Positions 18,545 to 27,402 of a stretch of DNA of 64,000 nucleotides are shown here, piece after piece. Location: the IMG/VR virus record IMGVR_UViG_3300046519_000252, one strand, 5' to 3'. Below the pieces are notes generated by a model. That model searched no databases. It saw only the letters and a program-made list of their open reading frames with translations, and was not told the origin of the DNA. Position numbers and translations under genes: made by a program. Within the stretch, counting starts at the first letter, position 1. Each line of letters starts with the position of its first letter. This DNA comes from an uncultured virus (IMG/VR IMGVR_UViG_3300046519_000252). Its lineage: Duplodnaviria; Heunggongvirae; Uroviricota; Caudoviricetes.

Positions 18545-19045
18545 TTGATCGTCAATACACCGCAGCCGGGGGATATCGGCTTAACGTCCATTACCGGATT
18601 CGTCGGCGGACTCATACGGGTGGGTCAGTTATGTAACGGCGACGGATGGTCCCATTACGAGCACGCATTCATCGTCCTGGAAGACGGAATGCTGATCGAA
18701 GCCATGCCCGGCGGAGCGCAGATCGTTTCCCTGAACGAATACGACGACCGCGACGTCCTTTACGTGCGCCCCGCCGGTCTCACCGACGCCGACCGGAAGC
18801 GGGTATGCGAGGTGGCCCGGAAGTTCGAAGGCGTCGAATACTCATTCGTCGACTATGCGGCTATCGCGGCTCATCGGTTGCATCTCCCGATTCCCGGACT
18901 GCGGGATTTCGTGGCCGATACGGGTCATATGATTTGCTCGCAGTTGGTCGACCGCGCTTACGCCCAGGCTGGAATCAAGCTGTTCTCAGACTCGCGTTGG
19001 GACGGCTGGGTGACCCCCGGCGCGCTGTACAAGCGCCTCGCCTGA
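18545..19045 (+). CDS. Permuted papain-like (YiiX/YebB-type NlpC/P60) enzyme
   Basis: PGDI...H.HA...LIEA...Y...ICSQLV..AY; GGAGG RBS before TTG. Confidence 0.75.
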   Translation: MIVNTPQPGDIGLTSITGFVGGLIRVGQLCNGDGWSHYEHAFIVLEDGMLIEAMPGGAQIVSLNEYDDRDVLYVRPAGLTDADRKRVCEVARKFEGVEYSFVDYAAIAAHRLHLPIPGLRDFVADTGHMICSQLVDRAYAQAGIKLFSDSRWDGWVTPGALYKRLA

Positions 19046-19061
19046 CGGCAGTACGCTGACA

Positions 19062-19104
19062 CGACGAAGCCCGCTCCTCGTTCCAGGGGGAGCGGGCTTC
19101 GTCG
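19062..19104. terminator. Hairpin between convergent genes
   Basis: CGACGAAGCCCGCTCC-loop-GGAGCGGGCTTCGTCG. Confidence 0.7.
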
Positions 19105-19720
19105 GTTCGGAACGGGTTCGGAACTGGTTCGGAACTGGGGCACCGTTCAGGTTCGGGCGTCCCGCTGTTCAGGTTCCCGTTCCGGTGCTCGGTTCCAGTT
19201 CCAGATCGAAGAGGTCTGACGCGTTCGGAACGCGGGCCTTGTTCCGGTTCCACTCGGCCTTGGCCTCCTTGAGCCGGTGGTGCGCGGTGGTCCGGGGGAT
19301 CTCCGGGTGGTGGGTCTTGATCACCTTGAGGTCCACGCCGTCGATTCCGAACTGTTCCAGAAGTTCCATCACCTGCCTGACCTGCGCTTTCTTCTTGGTC
19401 GCCCGATCCGTGATGTTCGCGGTTCCAGTTCGCGGTTCCGGTTCAGGTTGTTCCGGTTCAGGTTCCGGTTCCAGTTCAGACGGCAGTTCAGGTTCCGGTT
19501 CAGGTTCGACCCGTTCCGGTTCAGGTTCGAAGTTCCAGTTCCGATTCAACAGTTCCAGTTCCCGTTCCAGTTCCATCGGGATCCCTACGGGTTCCTCCAG
19601 GTACGGTTCCGGTTCAAGTTCAAGTTCCGGTTCGGGATCCGGCACTATGTCCGCCCCCGCCACCTGTTCCAGTTCCAACGCTTCCTGAACGGGGCCAGGC
19701 GCCGCCATCAGTTCCGGAAC
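19104..19720. repeat. Degenerate hexamer array (GGTTCC/AGTTCC/GGTTCA)
   Basis: Dense GTTC hexamers within the gene that continue past its stop codon (GGTTCGGAAC x3 at 19104-19136). Confidence 0.7.
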
Positions 19721-20386
19721 ACCTGCCGGTGCCGTCTCTCCCATCCGCAGCCGCACCCGCTGGACCATCGTTGTCTTCCGGCGCCATCCTCGCCCGTGCT
19801 TGTCCTTCAGTTCCGCCCTGGCCATGAGCCGCTGGCTTTCCAGCCGCAGCCCTGTCCGGTAGGAGGTGACCTCCCACAGGACCATCCGCCTCCACAGGCG
19901 GGCCGTGGAGAACGGGTCCAGGATCCACCGGGACTTTCTCACTCGTTCCATGCGGCGCCCGGTAACGGCTCCGATGAGTGCCCGGTATACGTGTGCGGCA
20001 ATTTCTGAACAGACCACCCACAGCAGTGGGAGGGATCCGTGTCCAATCTGCGGTGCGAGACCGTCCCGGGCGGCGGAAATGTTCAGGTATACGGTCACCG
20101 CTGTGAGGGCCCACGGAACAGCCCGGACCCATCCGAGCGGCATATCGGCTCGAATCAGCAGGAGGTGGGCGAGGGAGAATACGGGGATGGCTATGTCAAC
20201 GGCTACGGGGAGAATCCAGAAGGGATGAAATCCCCATTCCTGTGCTTGTTGTCCGACCGTATCGAAGGATGCGAGGAGGCCGAGTGTGCCGACGCCGAAA
20301 GCGCCAATGATCACCGTTACCAGTAGCTTGCGTTCGAAGGGCAACAAGTCGGGGATCTTGTTGTCGGGGGGCGGATCTGACGTCAT
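19169..20386 (-). CDS. DUF2637-family membrane protein (plasmid/AICE Spd-like) with EP-rich linker and C-terminal HTH-like end
   Basis: Four TM segments; PVAVD, N.SAA, R.E.VR.SRW.L.P..T..LWRRM.LWE motifs. Confidence 0.75.
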   Translation of the reverse strand: MTSDPPPDNKIPDLLPFERKLLVTVIIGAFGVGTLGLLASFDTVGQQAQEWGFHPFWILPVAVDIAIPVFSLAHLLLIRADMPLGWVRAVPWALTAVTVYLNISAARDGLAPQIGHGSLPLLWVVCSEIAAHVYRALIGAVTGRRMERVRKSRWILDPFSTARLWRRMVLWEVTSYRTGLRLESQRLMARAELKDKHGRGWRRKTTMVQRVRLRMGETAPAGVPELMAAPGPVQEALELEQVAGADIVPDPEPELELEPEPYLEEPVGIPMELERELELLNRNWNFEPEPERVEPEPEPELPSELEPEPEPEQPEPEPRTGTANITDRATKKKAQVRQVMELLEQFGIDGVDLKVIKTHHPEIPRTTAHHRLKEAKAEWNRNKARVPNASDLFDLELEPSTGTGT

Positions 20387-20496
20387 TTCGCATATCCTTT
20401 CGGGTAGATCAAGTGGTGGTAGTCTAGCACTTTTATGCAGGTCAGAGACGGCTATAGCCGCCCACTGCTGGACGGCTATAGACCCTGATTCACCAG

Positions 20497-21180
20497 TCAG
20501 GAACGGTGCTTTTTCCGAGGAAGATCAGGAAGCCACCAGTCCAGTACCGCATCAAGGAAATCCGACCGGGACGGGAACTCATACCCCTTCCAGAGGGTGT
20601 CAATGACAGCCAGCTCCTGCCGGGAGGGCCGGAAAGGCTGCTGTGCCGTCTGTTTGATCCTCCCGCGCGCAGACCGACGGCCCTCCACCTCCCCGAACAG
20701 ACTGCCTGAATCGTCTTCATCGGGCTGGAGCCGCGCGAGGGCCCTTTCCCGGATTTTGAAGAAGGCCCCGGCGTTGTTCGCGGCATTCACAGCCCGGCGG
20801 ACCACCACAGCGTTAGTGGGGGTCCGGCCCGTCTCCTGACTCTTGGCCGCCTGATACGCGTCAAACCGTTCCTGTACGTCCAAGGAGATGTTGACCGCGC
20901 ACTGCATGGTCAGTTTTCCCGTCGTCCCGAGGTCCGGGAACGGGAGGGTGATCGGGTCCGGCTGTCGGGCGCTCTCCGCCGGGACGGGTTGCGCGGGTAC
21001 CAGAACGGCTTCAGGCGTCTCCGGATCGGGTACGACAGCCGGTTCCTCAGGGACGACCGGCGGAGGCGCTACAGGGGTCTCTGGAGGCTGTGCAACGCGG
21101 GGTTTCTCCCGCTGGGGCCGACGGGCGAAAGCTGCCGCCAGATCCGGATCATCCGGGAGCCCGCCAATTCGGTCGGTCAT
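20497..21180 (-). CDS. Putative ParA partner (centromere-binding protein)
   Basis: ATGA-coupled to parA; Pro-rich N-terminus and RHH-like ending (SRSDFLDAVLD). Confidence 0.55.
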   Translation of the reverse strand: MTDRIGGLPDDPDLAAAFARRPQREKPRVAQPPETPVAPPPVVPEEPAVVPDPETPEAVLVPAQPVPAESARQPDPITLPFPDLGTTGKLTMQCAVNISLDVQERFDAYQAAKSQETGRTPTNAVVVRRAVNAANNAGAFFKIRERALARLQPDEDDSGSLFGEVEGRRSARGRIKQTAQQPFRPSRQELAVIDTLWKGYEFPSRSDFLDAVLDWWLPDLPRKKHRS

Positions 21181-22148
21181 GCCGCGTCCGCCTCATCGTC
21201 CAGGGCGAACCACGTCTGCACGACTTCCATCGCAAGTGACTGGTAGTCCCCGGCGAGCGCCCGGATCGACGGCAGCAGCTTGGGGTCCACATCCTTGGAG
21301 TTCCTCAGCTCCTGCGGCACCTTGCCCAGCTCACGGCACTTCACGGCCGCAGCCTCTACATGGCGGATGGCCTGATCGAACACTGGAGCGGTGCCCTGGA
21401 GATCCCGTTCCAACTGCTCCTTGATGTTCTTCTGCACCTTGGTAGCCGACGTGTTCGTGGAGAACAGGACGACACCCAGCAGCCGCAGAAGCGGGTTCAA
21501 ATCCAGTGCGGTGACGAACCGTCGGGCCACGACCCGGAGCCCCTTACGGGACGAAGGATCCGACTTGGAGGGGATGAGAACCATGTCCCCGGACGTGAGC
21601 GCCTGTAGCTGGAGAACGTCCGAGCCGGGTGCCACGTCGAGGATGATGCAGTCGAACTCCTCGCGCAGCGGGTCGATCGCAGCCGCGTACATGCCCATCC
21701 ACGCGGTGCGGTCCTCGGACTCGCCCTGGGCTCCGGCGATACGCCGCTGTACGTACAGCTCTTCAACCACGTTCTCCAGTTCGGTGCCACCCGGGACGAC
21801 GTACAGGTTCGGGCGTGCGGTGCCGGTGGGGACCAGGGGCTTGCCCTCCAGGATGGCGGCAGCTTGAGCGGCGCCGTTGTCGTCGAGGGCTGATTTGGTG
21901 ATGCCGAGGTCTTCGCAGTTGTTGCCCTGTTCGTCCATCTCGATGAGCAGGGTCTTTTTGCCGATGGCGGCGAGGGCTACAGCGAGAGCGGCGGCTGTGG
22001 ATGATTTGCCGACGCCTCCCTTGCCGTTGACGATGACGATGATCTTGCGGAGCAGGTCGCCGTTTTCGATGAGCTGGAGTCGGCGGCGGAGTGCCTTCTT
22101 CACCGTGTCGAGCTGGACCAGTGTGATGCTGGCTTGGATGGCTGGCAT
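21177..22148 (-). CDS. parA: ParA-family partition ATPase
   Basis: Deviant Walker A KGGVGKSS; LLIEMDEQGN; Walker B IILDVAPG. Confidence 0.9.
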   Translation of the reverse strand: MPAIQASITLVQLDTVKKALRRRLQLIENGDLLRKIIVIVNGKGGVGKSSTAAALAVALAAIGKKTLLIEMDEQGNNCEDLGITKSALDDNGAAQAAAILEGKPLVPTGTARPNLYVVPGGTELENVVEELYVQRRIAGAQGESEDRTAWMGMYAAAIDPLREEFDCIILDVAPGSDVLQLQALTSGDMVLIPSKSDPSSRKGLRVVARRFVTALDLNPLLRLLGVVLFSTNTSATKVQKNIKEQLERDLQGTAPVFDQAIRHVEAAAVKCRELGKVPQELRNSKDVDPKLLPSIRALAGDYQSLAMEVVQTWFALDDEADAA

Positions 22149-22316
22149 GGGGGTGCCTTCCTGTGACGGGTTGGGGTCGGGCCAGTCCCAGAGGTTACAC
22201 AGGATGAGGGGAGATACAACGGTGACGGGTCGTTATGTACTCGTATGGGAGGCCCTGGACGCACGAAAGGCCCGGCACGGGGCCGGGCCTTCGGTGTTCG
22301 GTGCGGAGTGCGCGCT

Positions 22317-22371
22317 TAGCACGCTAGAGGACATGACCATTAGCACGTCGTCTAGCACGGGTATTAGCAAA
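22317..22371. repeat. TAGCAC(G) direct repeats on a 12-bp register (candidate parS/operator)
   Basis: Copies at 22317, 22341, 22353 and 22365 (last is TAGCAAA), upstream of parA. Confidence 0.55.
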
Positions 22372-22382
22372 GCGGTGCGGGG

Positions 22383-23033
22383 CTACGGCTTGAGGGGCTC
22401 CCAGCAGCCGCACTTGAAACGACAGTGGGTGTGTTGGCGGGTAGTCGGGTCCCAGTGACTGGTGAGGACGTGCCCGCACCCCCGGCGCTCACACACCGGC
22501 GGGTCATCGACCGGGTACAGGTCCCTGTTGTACGCGACGGACCTCGGGTCCCGATTGTCGCCCCACTCCCGCATGAGCCGTTCCCGCGTAACGATGCGGG
22601 TGATCCCCATGGCGCCGATGAGAGCCTCGCATTGCGGGCAAGGTTCATCCGTGATGTAGATGGTGGCGCCCTTGAGGGCTTCCCGGCCTACCGCCGCGAC
22701 AGCTTGGAGAACGGCGTTGTGCTCGGCGTGAATGGCAGAACAGCGCCAGCCTGGGGCGTTGTAGTCCCCGCCCGGCGGGACGTCCTCCTTGGACCGCAGG
22801 CCGCGCTCACAGCCCTTTTCCTCGAAGGAGCAGTGGGGTTTCCCGGAGCCGGTGCCGTTGTAGCCGGTGCCGACTATGTTCGGCGGGGATCCGGCCGTGA
22901 TGACCGCGCCGACGTGGCGACGGGTGCATATGGCCATCTCAGCTTCGCCGTGGGCGTGTTTCAGGTTGACCTTGTCCCGGAGTTCCTTGCGCTGCTGCTC
23001 GTATTCCGGGCCGCGTTCGACGGGTCGTTCCAT
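22383..23033 (-). CDS. dCMP/cytidine deaminase-family protein with C-terminal Cys/His extension
   Basis: C.RR.VGAVI, GYNG, HAE.NA and PC..C motifs. Confidence 0.85.
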   Translation of the reverse strand: MERPVERGPEYEQQRKELRDKVNLKHAHGEAEMAICTRRHVGAVITAGSPPNIVGTGYNGTGSGKPHCSFEEKGCERGLRSKEDVPPGGDYNAPGWRCSAIHAEHNAVLQAVAAVGREALKGATIYITDEPCPQCEALIGAMGITRIVTRERLMREWGDNRDPRSVAYNRDLYPVDDPPVCERRGCGHVLTSHWDPTTRQHTHCRFKCGCWEPLKP

Positions 23034-23094
23034 GGTGTTCTCCGTTCCACGAAAAAAGGGCTGCACGGTTTCCCGTACAGCCCCCAGGGGTTTC

Positions 23095-24132
23095 TTACAG
23101 ACCCTCAGCGATCTTGTGCAGCTCCTGCACGGGGCCGGTCTCCAGCTGGCTCACCCACTCGGTCGGCCACTCGACTCCAGCCGCACCACGGATGTTGCCT
23201 GCGATCGCCGCGAGGGAGTCGCTGTCTCCGTTCGAGACGGCCGCACGCTGTAGAACCTTGACCGGCTCCTCCCAGAGACCGACGGTGCACAGCATCGCCC
23301 CGGCAAGCGCCTCGGGAGCCGTCCAGCCCTCGCCCGTGATCTGGCAGGGGTCGGAGTCTCCGGCCCAGCCGTGGTTCAGGGCGTCCCTCGCAGACAGCAG
23401 GTAGCCCTTGCACTCTTCGTATCCGGCCCGCAGGTAGGCCGTGCTGGAGCCGTACTCGGACTGCTCCCACAGGTCCCCGAGAACAGCCTTGGGGTACGGG
23501 CCAGGCGCCCGGCAGATCTCGATCAGCAGGTCCAGGATTTCCCGGCCTTCCATGCCGTCGTAGGCGCCGAGGATCGCAGCCACCGTGAGGGCGGCCGAGG
23601 CCAGTGCTGCCGGGTGAGCGTGCGTGATGGCGGAAGACAGGTAGGCCAGGTTGATGGGGGACTCGTACAAGTCTTGGGCCAGGGCGATCGGTGCGACGCG
23701 CATGTTGGCGCCGCAGCCCATCGTGTTGATGTCCGTCGCGTCCTGCCAGGTGAAGCCGTCCCTCAGCATGTCGCAGGCCCGCATGCACGCGTTGCCGGGC
23801 GCCCGGGTGTTGTCGGGGTGGTGCGACCAGTAGACGTACTTACGGATCAGCTCGTCCGTGAAGCTCTCCGTGTAGGTCCCGAGCTTGGTGGGTCGCATCT
23901 GGAGAAGGGCCCGGCCGGTGGCGATGGTCATCTGTGTGTCGTCGGAGATGACCACCTTGCCGTCCGCGTCGCGGTACCGCTTCGGGTGAGGGGCGTTGTC
24001 AAAGTCGGCGGTCTGCCAGTCCCGGCCGGGGAGGAAGTTCAGGATGTCCTTGGTGCGGTTGAACTCGCGGCTGTAGCCGAGGGCGTCTCCGAGGGCGCCT
24101 CCGATAAGCGAGGAAAGGATCTTGTCATTCAA
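23095..24132 (-). CDS. ADP-ribosylglycohydrolase (ARH/DraG family)
   Basis: GGALGDALG...EF, SDDTQMT, GCGANMR..P, ITH and GDSDS.AAIAG motifs; variant motif 24169-24179 upstream. Confidence 0.9.
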   Translation of the reverse strand: MNDKILSSLIGGALGDALGYSREFNRTKDILNFLPGRDWQTADFDNAPHPKRYRDADGKVVISDDTQMTIATGRALLQMRPTKLGTYTESFTDELIRKYVYWSHHPDNTRAPGNACMRACDMLRDGFTWQDATDINTMGCGANMRVAPIALAQDLYESPINLAYLSSAITHAHPAALASAALTVAAILGAYDGMEGREILDLLIEICRAPGPYPKAVLGDLWEQSEYGSSTAYLRAGYEECKGYLLSARDALNHGWAGDSDPCQITGEGWTAPEALAGAMLCTVGLWEEPVKVLQRAAVSNGDSDSLAAIAGNIRGAAGVEWPTEWVSQLETGPVQELHKIAEGL

Positions 24133-24209
24133 GGGTGCTCCTAGGGCGGGGTGGTTGGGCTGTTGATGTCTCTACCCTAGCACACTTGTGAAATGATGCG
24201 CAAGCGTGA

Positions 24210-24425
24210 TCAATCCGCCTGCCGGGCAATCGCGGCATTTGACCACATCATGACCTCCTCCAGATGCGTCACCGCGAGCGCCTTTTCCCGGCCCTCCGGC
24301 AACAGCACGTTGAGCAGCAGCGCGAACGTCAGACACTGATTCCGCACCTCCTCATGCTGCCCCACCCGCTCCGGCGTCTTCGGCGGGTGATACGCGAACC
24401 GGTTCTTCAGATCGTCCTCGTTCAT
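24210..24425 (-). CDS. Acb2/Tad1-like helical-hairpin protein (candidate nucleotide-signal sponge)
   Basis: RF.YH....GREKALAVTHLEEVMMWSNAAIAR. Confidence 0.6.
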   Translation of the reverse strand: MNEDDLKNRFAYHPPKTPERVGQHEEVRNQCLTFALLLNVLLPEGREKALAVTHLEEVMMWSNAAIARQAD

Positions 24426-24427
24426 GA

Positions 24428-24985
24428 TCAATTTCCTTTCTTCGCTTCCAGATACTGCAAGTACTCCCGGACACGCCTCTGATGCCGGGCATCCTCAAGG
24501 GCGTTGTGATACCCGAACGTCTGCTCAGGCACCCGAGGGTTGCCCAGACGCCGGATCTCCTGCCGCAACTCGTTCGTGAACATCGGAACGCCTGATGGCA
24601 TGTCAATCATCCGTCCCCACAACTGGGCCAAAACCACGAAGTCATAGGCCCCGTAGTAAGCCCACAGCTGCGGATCCGCGTACTGAGAGATGAACTTCTT
24701 CACCCGGTCGGCGATCTCCGTCTTCGGCATGACCCGCTCATAGTCCGGGTGCAAGAGATCCCACTCCAGCCCGCCCGCGAAGACCCCCGTCCACGTCTTC
24801 AAGGGAAGCGACGGCACCACATGCTTCATCAGCCACGGGTTCTTATAGATCCGGTCCCACGGGGCATCCCGGTTGATGCAGTACAAGGAGTACCCGCTGT
24901 CAGCCACGAACGCGATGCTGATCAGCTCGATCGTCTTCCCGTCCTCATCCAGGAACTCCGAGTCCATGTCAATGTTGACGGTCAT
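24428..24985 (-). CDS. DEDDh 3'-5' exoribonuclease (RNase AS/Rv2179c-like)
   Basis: D.EF...LISI, WAYY.AYD.V.LAQLWG.M and HNALEDAR motifs. Confidence 0.85.
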   Translation of the reverse strand: MTVNIDMDSEFLDEDGKTIELISIAFVADSGYSLYCINRDAPWDRIYKNPWLMKHVVPSLPLKTWTGVFAGGLEWDLLHPDYERVMPKTEIADRVKKFISQYADPQLWAYYGAYDFVVLAQLWGRMIDMPSGVPMFTNELRQEIRRLGNPRVPEQTFGYHNALEDARHQRRVREYLQYLEAKKGN

Positions 24986-25170
24986 GCGGTCTCCAGATAC
25001 GCGTCAAGGGCCTGCTCGCCTCCGCTGCGGAGAACGTGCAGACCCTGCTCTATGTCGGGTGGGTAGGTAGCTGCGTACGCGGCGAACCAGGTGTCATCGC
25101 GTTCCGGCCCCAGATACCACAGCAAGGCCGTGAGGATGGCGTCCCGGAGAGCCGTCCGGGTGTTGGTCAT
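24982..25170 (-). CDS. Small hypothetical protein
   Basis: GGAGG RBS; ATGA coupling. Confidence 0.55.
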   Translation of the reverse strand: MTNTRTALRDAILTALLWYLGPERDDTWFAAYAATYPPDIEQGLHVLRSGGEQALDAYLETA

Positions 25171-25186
25171 AGCCCACCCTCCCCTT

Positions 25187-25356
25187 GAGACGAATGGTGG
25201 CCACTGATCAGGTTGGGCTGGCCAGACCCTTACAGCTCCTCCTGAGATGCGGTTGGAGCGAAACTCATCCGGTCCTGTTCCCGCTACAGGCGTTGGCCGT
25301 CCCTTCGGGTAACGCAGCTACCCGAAGGGGCTGCACGGCGTTCCTGCTTGCGTCTC
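25187..25356 (-). ncRNA. Candidate structured RNA just downstream of the tRNA
   Basis: GAGACG/CGTCTC closing helix; 11-bp hairpin at 25301-25329; TGGCCA...TGGCCA hairpin. Confidence 0.35.
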
Positions 25357-25368
25357 TCATGGCGCCGG

Positions 25369-25449
25369 TACCCCCTGCGGGATTCGAACCCGCATACCTT
25401 TCGGCGACTTCTTTTGAGGAAGTTGTGTATCCCGTTCCACCAAGGGGGC
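25369..25449 (-). tRNA. tRNA-Leu (anticodon CAA), long variable arm, CCA not encoded
   Basis: GCCCCCT/AGGGGGT acceptor, ACTTC-CTCAAAA-GAAGT anticodon arm, GCC-GAAA-GGT variable arm, GCGGG-TTCGAAT-CCCGC T arm, discriminator A. Confidence 0.9.
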
Positions 25450-25560
25450 TGGTCCTGCAACAAACGTTGTGAGGGGGTGTTGATGCTGGTCAGAGTACGG
25501 CTGAGGGGGACCGCCGTCAACAGTCCCCCTCTAGCACCCGAACCCGAGAAGATCCTAGCA

Positions 25561-26382
25561 CTACTCCAGTTCAAGCCGCCCACCGGGGACCTCGGTCTGA
25601 CCTACCATCGCCTGCCGACCGGCAACGGTTCCGTGGTCCCAGCCGTCGGTACTCCACTGACCGCCTGAACGGGCACTCCGGAGTTTGAGATCTTCGAACA
25701 TCCGGGCAATCCGGGCTGCGGTGTCGACAAGAACGACCTGGTATCCCCGGCCTGCCTCCTGGACGGCATCCGCCCGCTTGAGCCGGATCCGCTCGGCTGC
25801 TTCTACGTAGAACGCCAGGCAGAACGACCTACGCCGCGCGCGGATCTCGGAGTTGAGGTGCCGCACGAAGTCCTTGGGGTCTGCCCCGTCGTTCTTCATG
25901 GCTGTGATGAGGCGTTGGATGTGGGTGATGGACGGGTCTTGCCGGGTCTCCGCGATGTACTTGATGTTCGCGTTGACTTCTTGCAGCATCAGGGACGGGA
26001 GCAGCACCTTGAGAATTTCCATGGTCGACTCGGTGGCGTAGGCGACGAGTTCCTCTTGCTCTCCCTTCTTTCCGTATGGGATGCGACGGGCGTATCCTCG
26101 GCCGCCCATGGCCTCCAGTACTTCGATGACGCCGTAGCCCCGGGTCGTGTTGAGGCCGTAGGACGTCGGGTAGGTGAAGGTGTGGATGACGATGTCTTCC
26201 CGCTGGTATTGCCCGTTGTGCGGGTTCAGCTTCGTGGCGTCGACCCGGTGTTTGTTCGCGAGCCGGTACACCCGGTCCATGGCGAGATCGCGCTCATCCT
26301 GCGACGTACCGGGGTCTTCGGCGAGACGGAGCAGGGATTCGATCTGTTCCCGGATGCGCTCGGGGCTCGTGTTCTTGGCCAT
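25561..26382 (-). CDS. DUF2786-like protein
   Basis: N-terminal I..LLRLAE.PGT...E...A......L..KH..D; RRSF..AF later. Confidence 0.65.
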   Translation of the reverse strand: MAKNTSPERIREQIESLLRLAEDPGTSQDERDLAMDRVYRLANKHRVDATKLNPHNGQYQREDIVIHTFTYPTSYGLNTTRGYGVIEVLEAMGGRGYARRIPYGKKGEQEELVAYATESTMEILKVLLPSLMLQEVNANIKYIAETRQDPSITHIQRLITAMKNDGADPKDFVRHLNSEIRARRRSFCLAFYVEAAERIRLKRADAVQEAGRGYQVVLVDTAARIARMFEDLKLRSARSGGQWSTDGWDHGTVAGRQAMVGQTEVPGGRLELE

Positions 26383-26521
26383 GGTTCCTCGGAAGTGATG
26401 GGGGTTAGTTACCCCAGAGTACCAGGATAGATAGATCTTGAAATAGGTGTTGTAGATCTTCCCGGGGGCGTGCTAGTGTAGATACATCGCAAGACGGAGA
26501 CACCAAACCGAGGAGACTTCC

Positions 26522-27016
26522 GTGGCCACCACCTTCGCCCCCAAGATGATCAGCCCCAAGCAGTCCGCCTACATCGCCTCCCTCATCGAGTCGCGCACGG
26601 CGCCCCAGGGTCTGATCGGGCGATTCACGGAGGACATGACCGCGACGTCGGCGTCGGACCTGATCGAGAAGCTCCTCAAGTGCCCGTGGAAGAACGACAA
26701 GCCCCAGGTCAAGAAGTCGCCGAAGGTCACGGAGATCGTTCCCGAGGGCTTCTACTGCCACGACGAGAAGTACTACAAGGTCCAGACCTCCAAGACCTCG
26801 GGCAAGCGCTACGCGAAGATCTGGACCGGCAAGAGCTGGAGCTACAACGCGGGCGGGATCTACCAGCTGACCTTGGCCGACAAGATGACGGCTGAGCAGG
26901 CCAAGAAGTTCGGCAAGAAGACAGGCAACTGCATTTGCTGCGGCCGACTCCTTACCGTCAAGGCTTCGGTTGAAGCGGGAATTGGGCCCGTATGCGCTGA
27001 AAAGTACGGATTCTAA
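26522..27016 (+). CDS. Protein with C-terminal DUF6011-like Zn finger
   Basis: C..CGRLLT...SV..GIGP.C; variant motif TAGTGTAGATA 26474-26484. Confidence 0.8.
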   Translation: MATTFAPKMISPKQSAYIASLIESRTAPQGLIGRFTEDMTATSASDLIEKLLKCPWKNDKPQVKKSPKVTEIVPEGFYCHDEKYYKVQTSKTSGKRYAKIWTGKSWSYNAGGIYQLTLADKMTAEQAKKFGKKTGNCICCGRLLTVKASVEAGIGPVCAEKYGF

Positions 27017-27074
27017 CCTAGATGTTCTATTCGGGAAGGGCTCTCGGGCCCTTCCCACCTTCATAGGAGACACC

Positions 27075-27350
27075 ATGCGTAAGCGCCTGTATGGGACCCG
27101 ATTCACCACCGGCTGCGGCCACTCCTGGCGCCGCCGCTACCCGAAGTGGACGGTCCGCGACCTGGGTGGGGCCTCCACCGACTGCGCGGCCTGCGGAGAG
27201 CTGCTGATGATCCCGGCCGAACAGTTCGAGGGCCAGAACCCCGCCGCGTTCCCGGTAAACGTACACATGCCCCTGTTCCACCTGTACCTCCACCAGCAGG
27301 ACGCGCGGTGGCCTGCCGACGGCGGGGGAACCGGCTTCGCGGAGTTCTGA
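27075..27350 (+). CDS. Small Cys-containing hypothetical protein
   Basis: AGGAG RBS; CGH...CAAC. Confidence 0.6.
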   Translation: MRKRLYGTRFTTGCGHSWRRRYPKWTVRDLGGASTDCAACGELLMIPAEQFEGQNPAAFPVNVHMPLFHLYLHQQDARWPADGGGTGFAEF

Positions 27351-27402
27351 TCCCAACTGGGGGCCTTCGGGCCCCCCTTTCACCCATTTGAGAGGAAACC
27401 CC

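Noticed and set aside
25200..25275. Hammerhead ribozyme (CTGA...GAAAC)
   Set aside because: The CUGANGA core and flanking stems could not be assembled.
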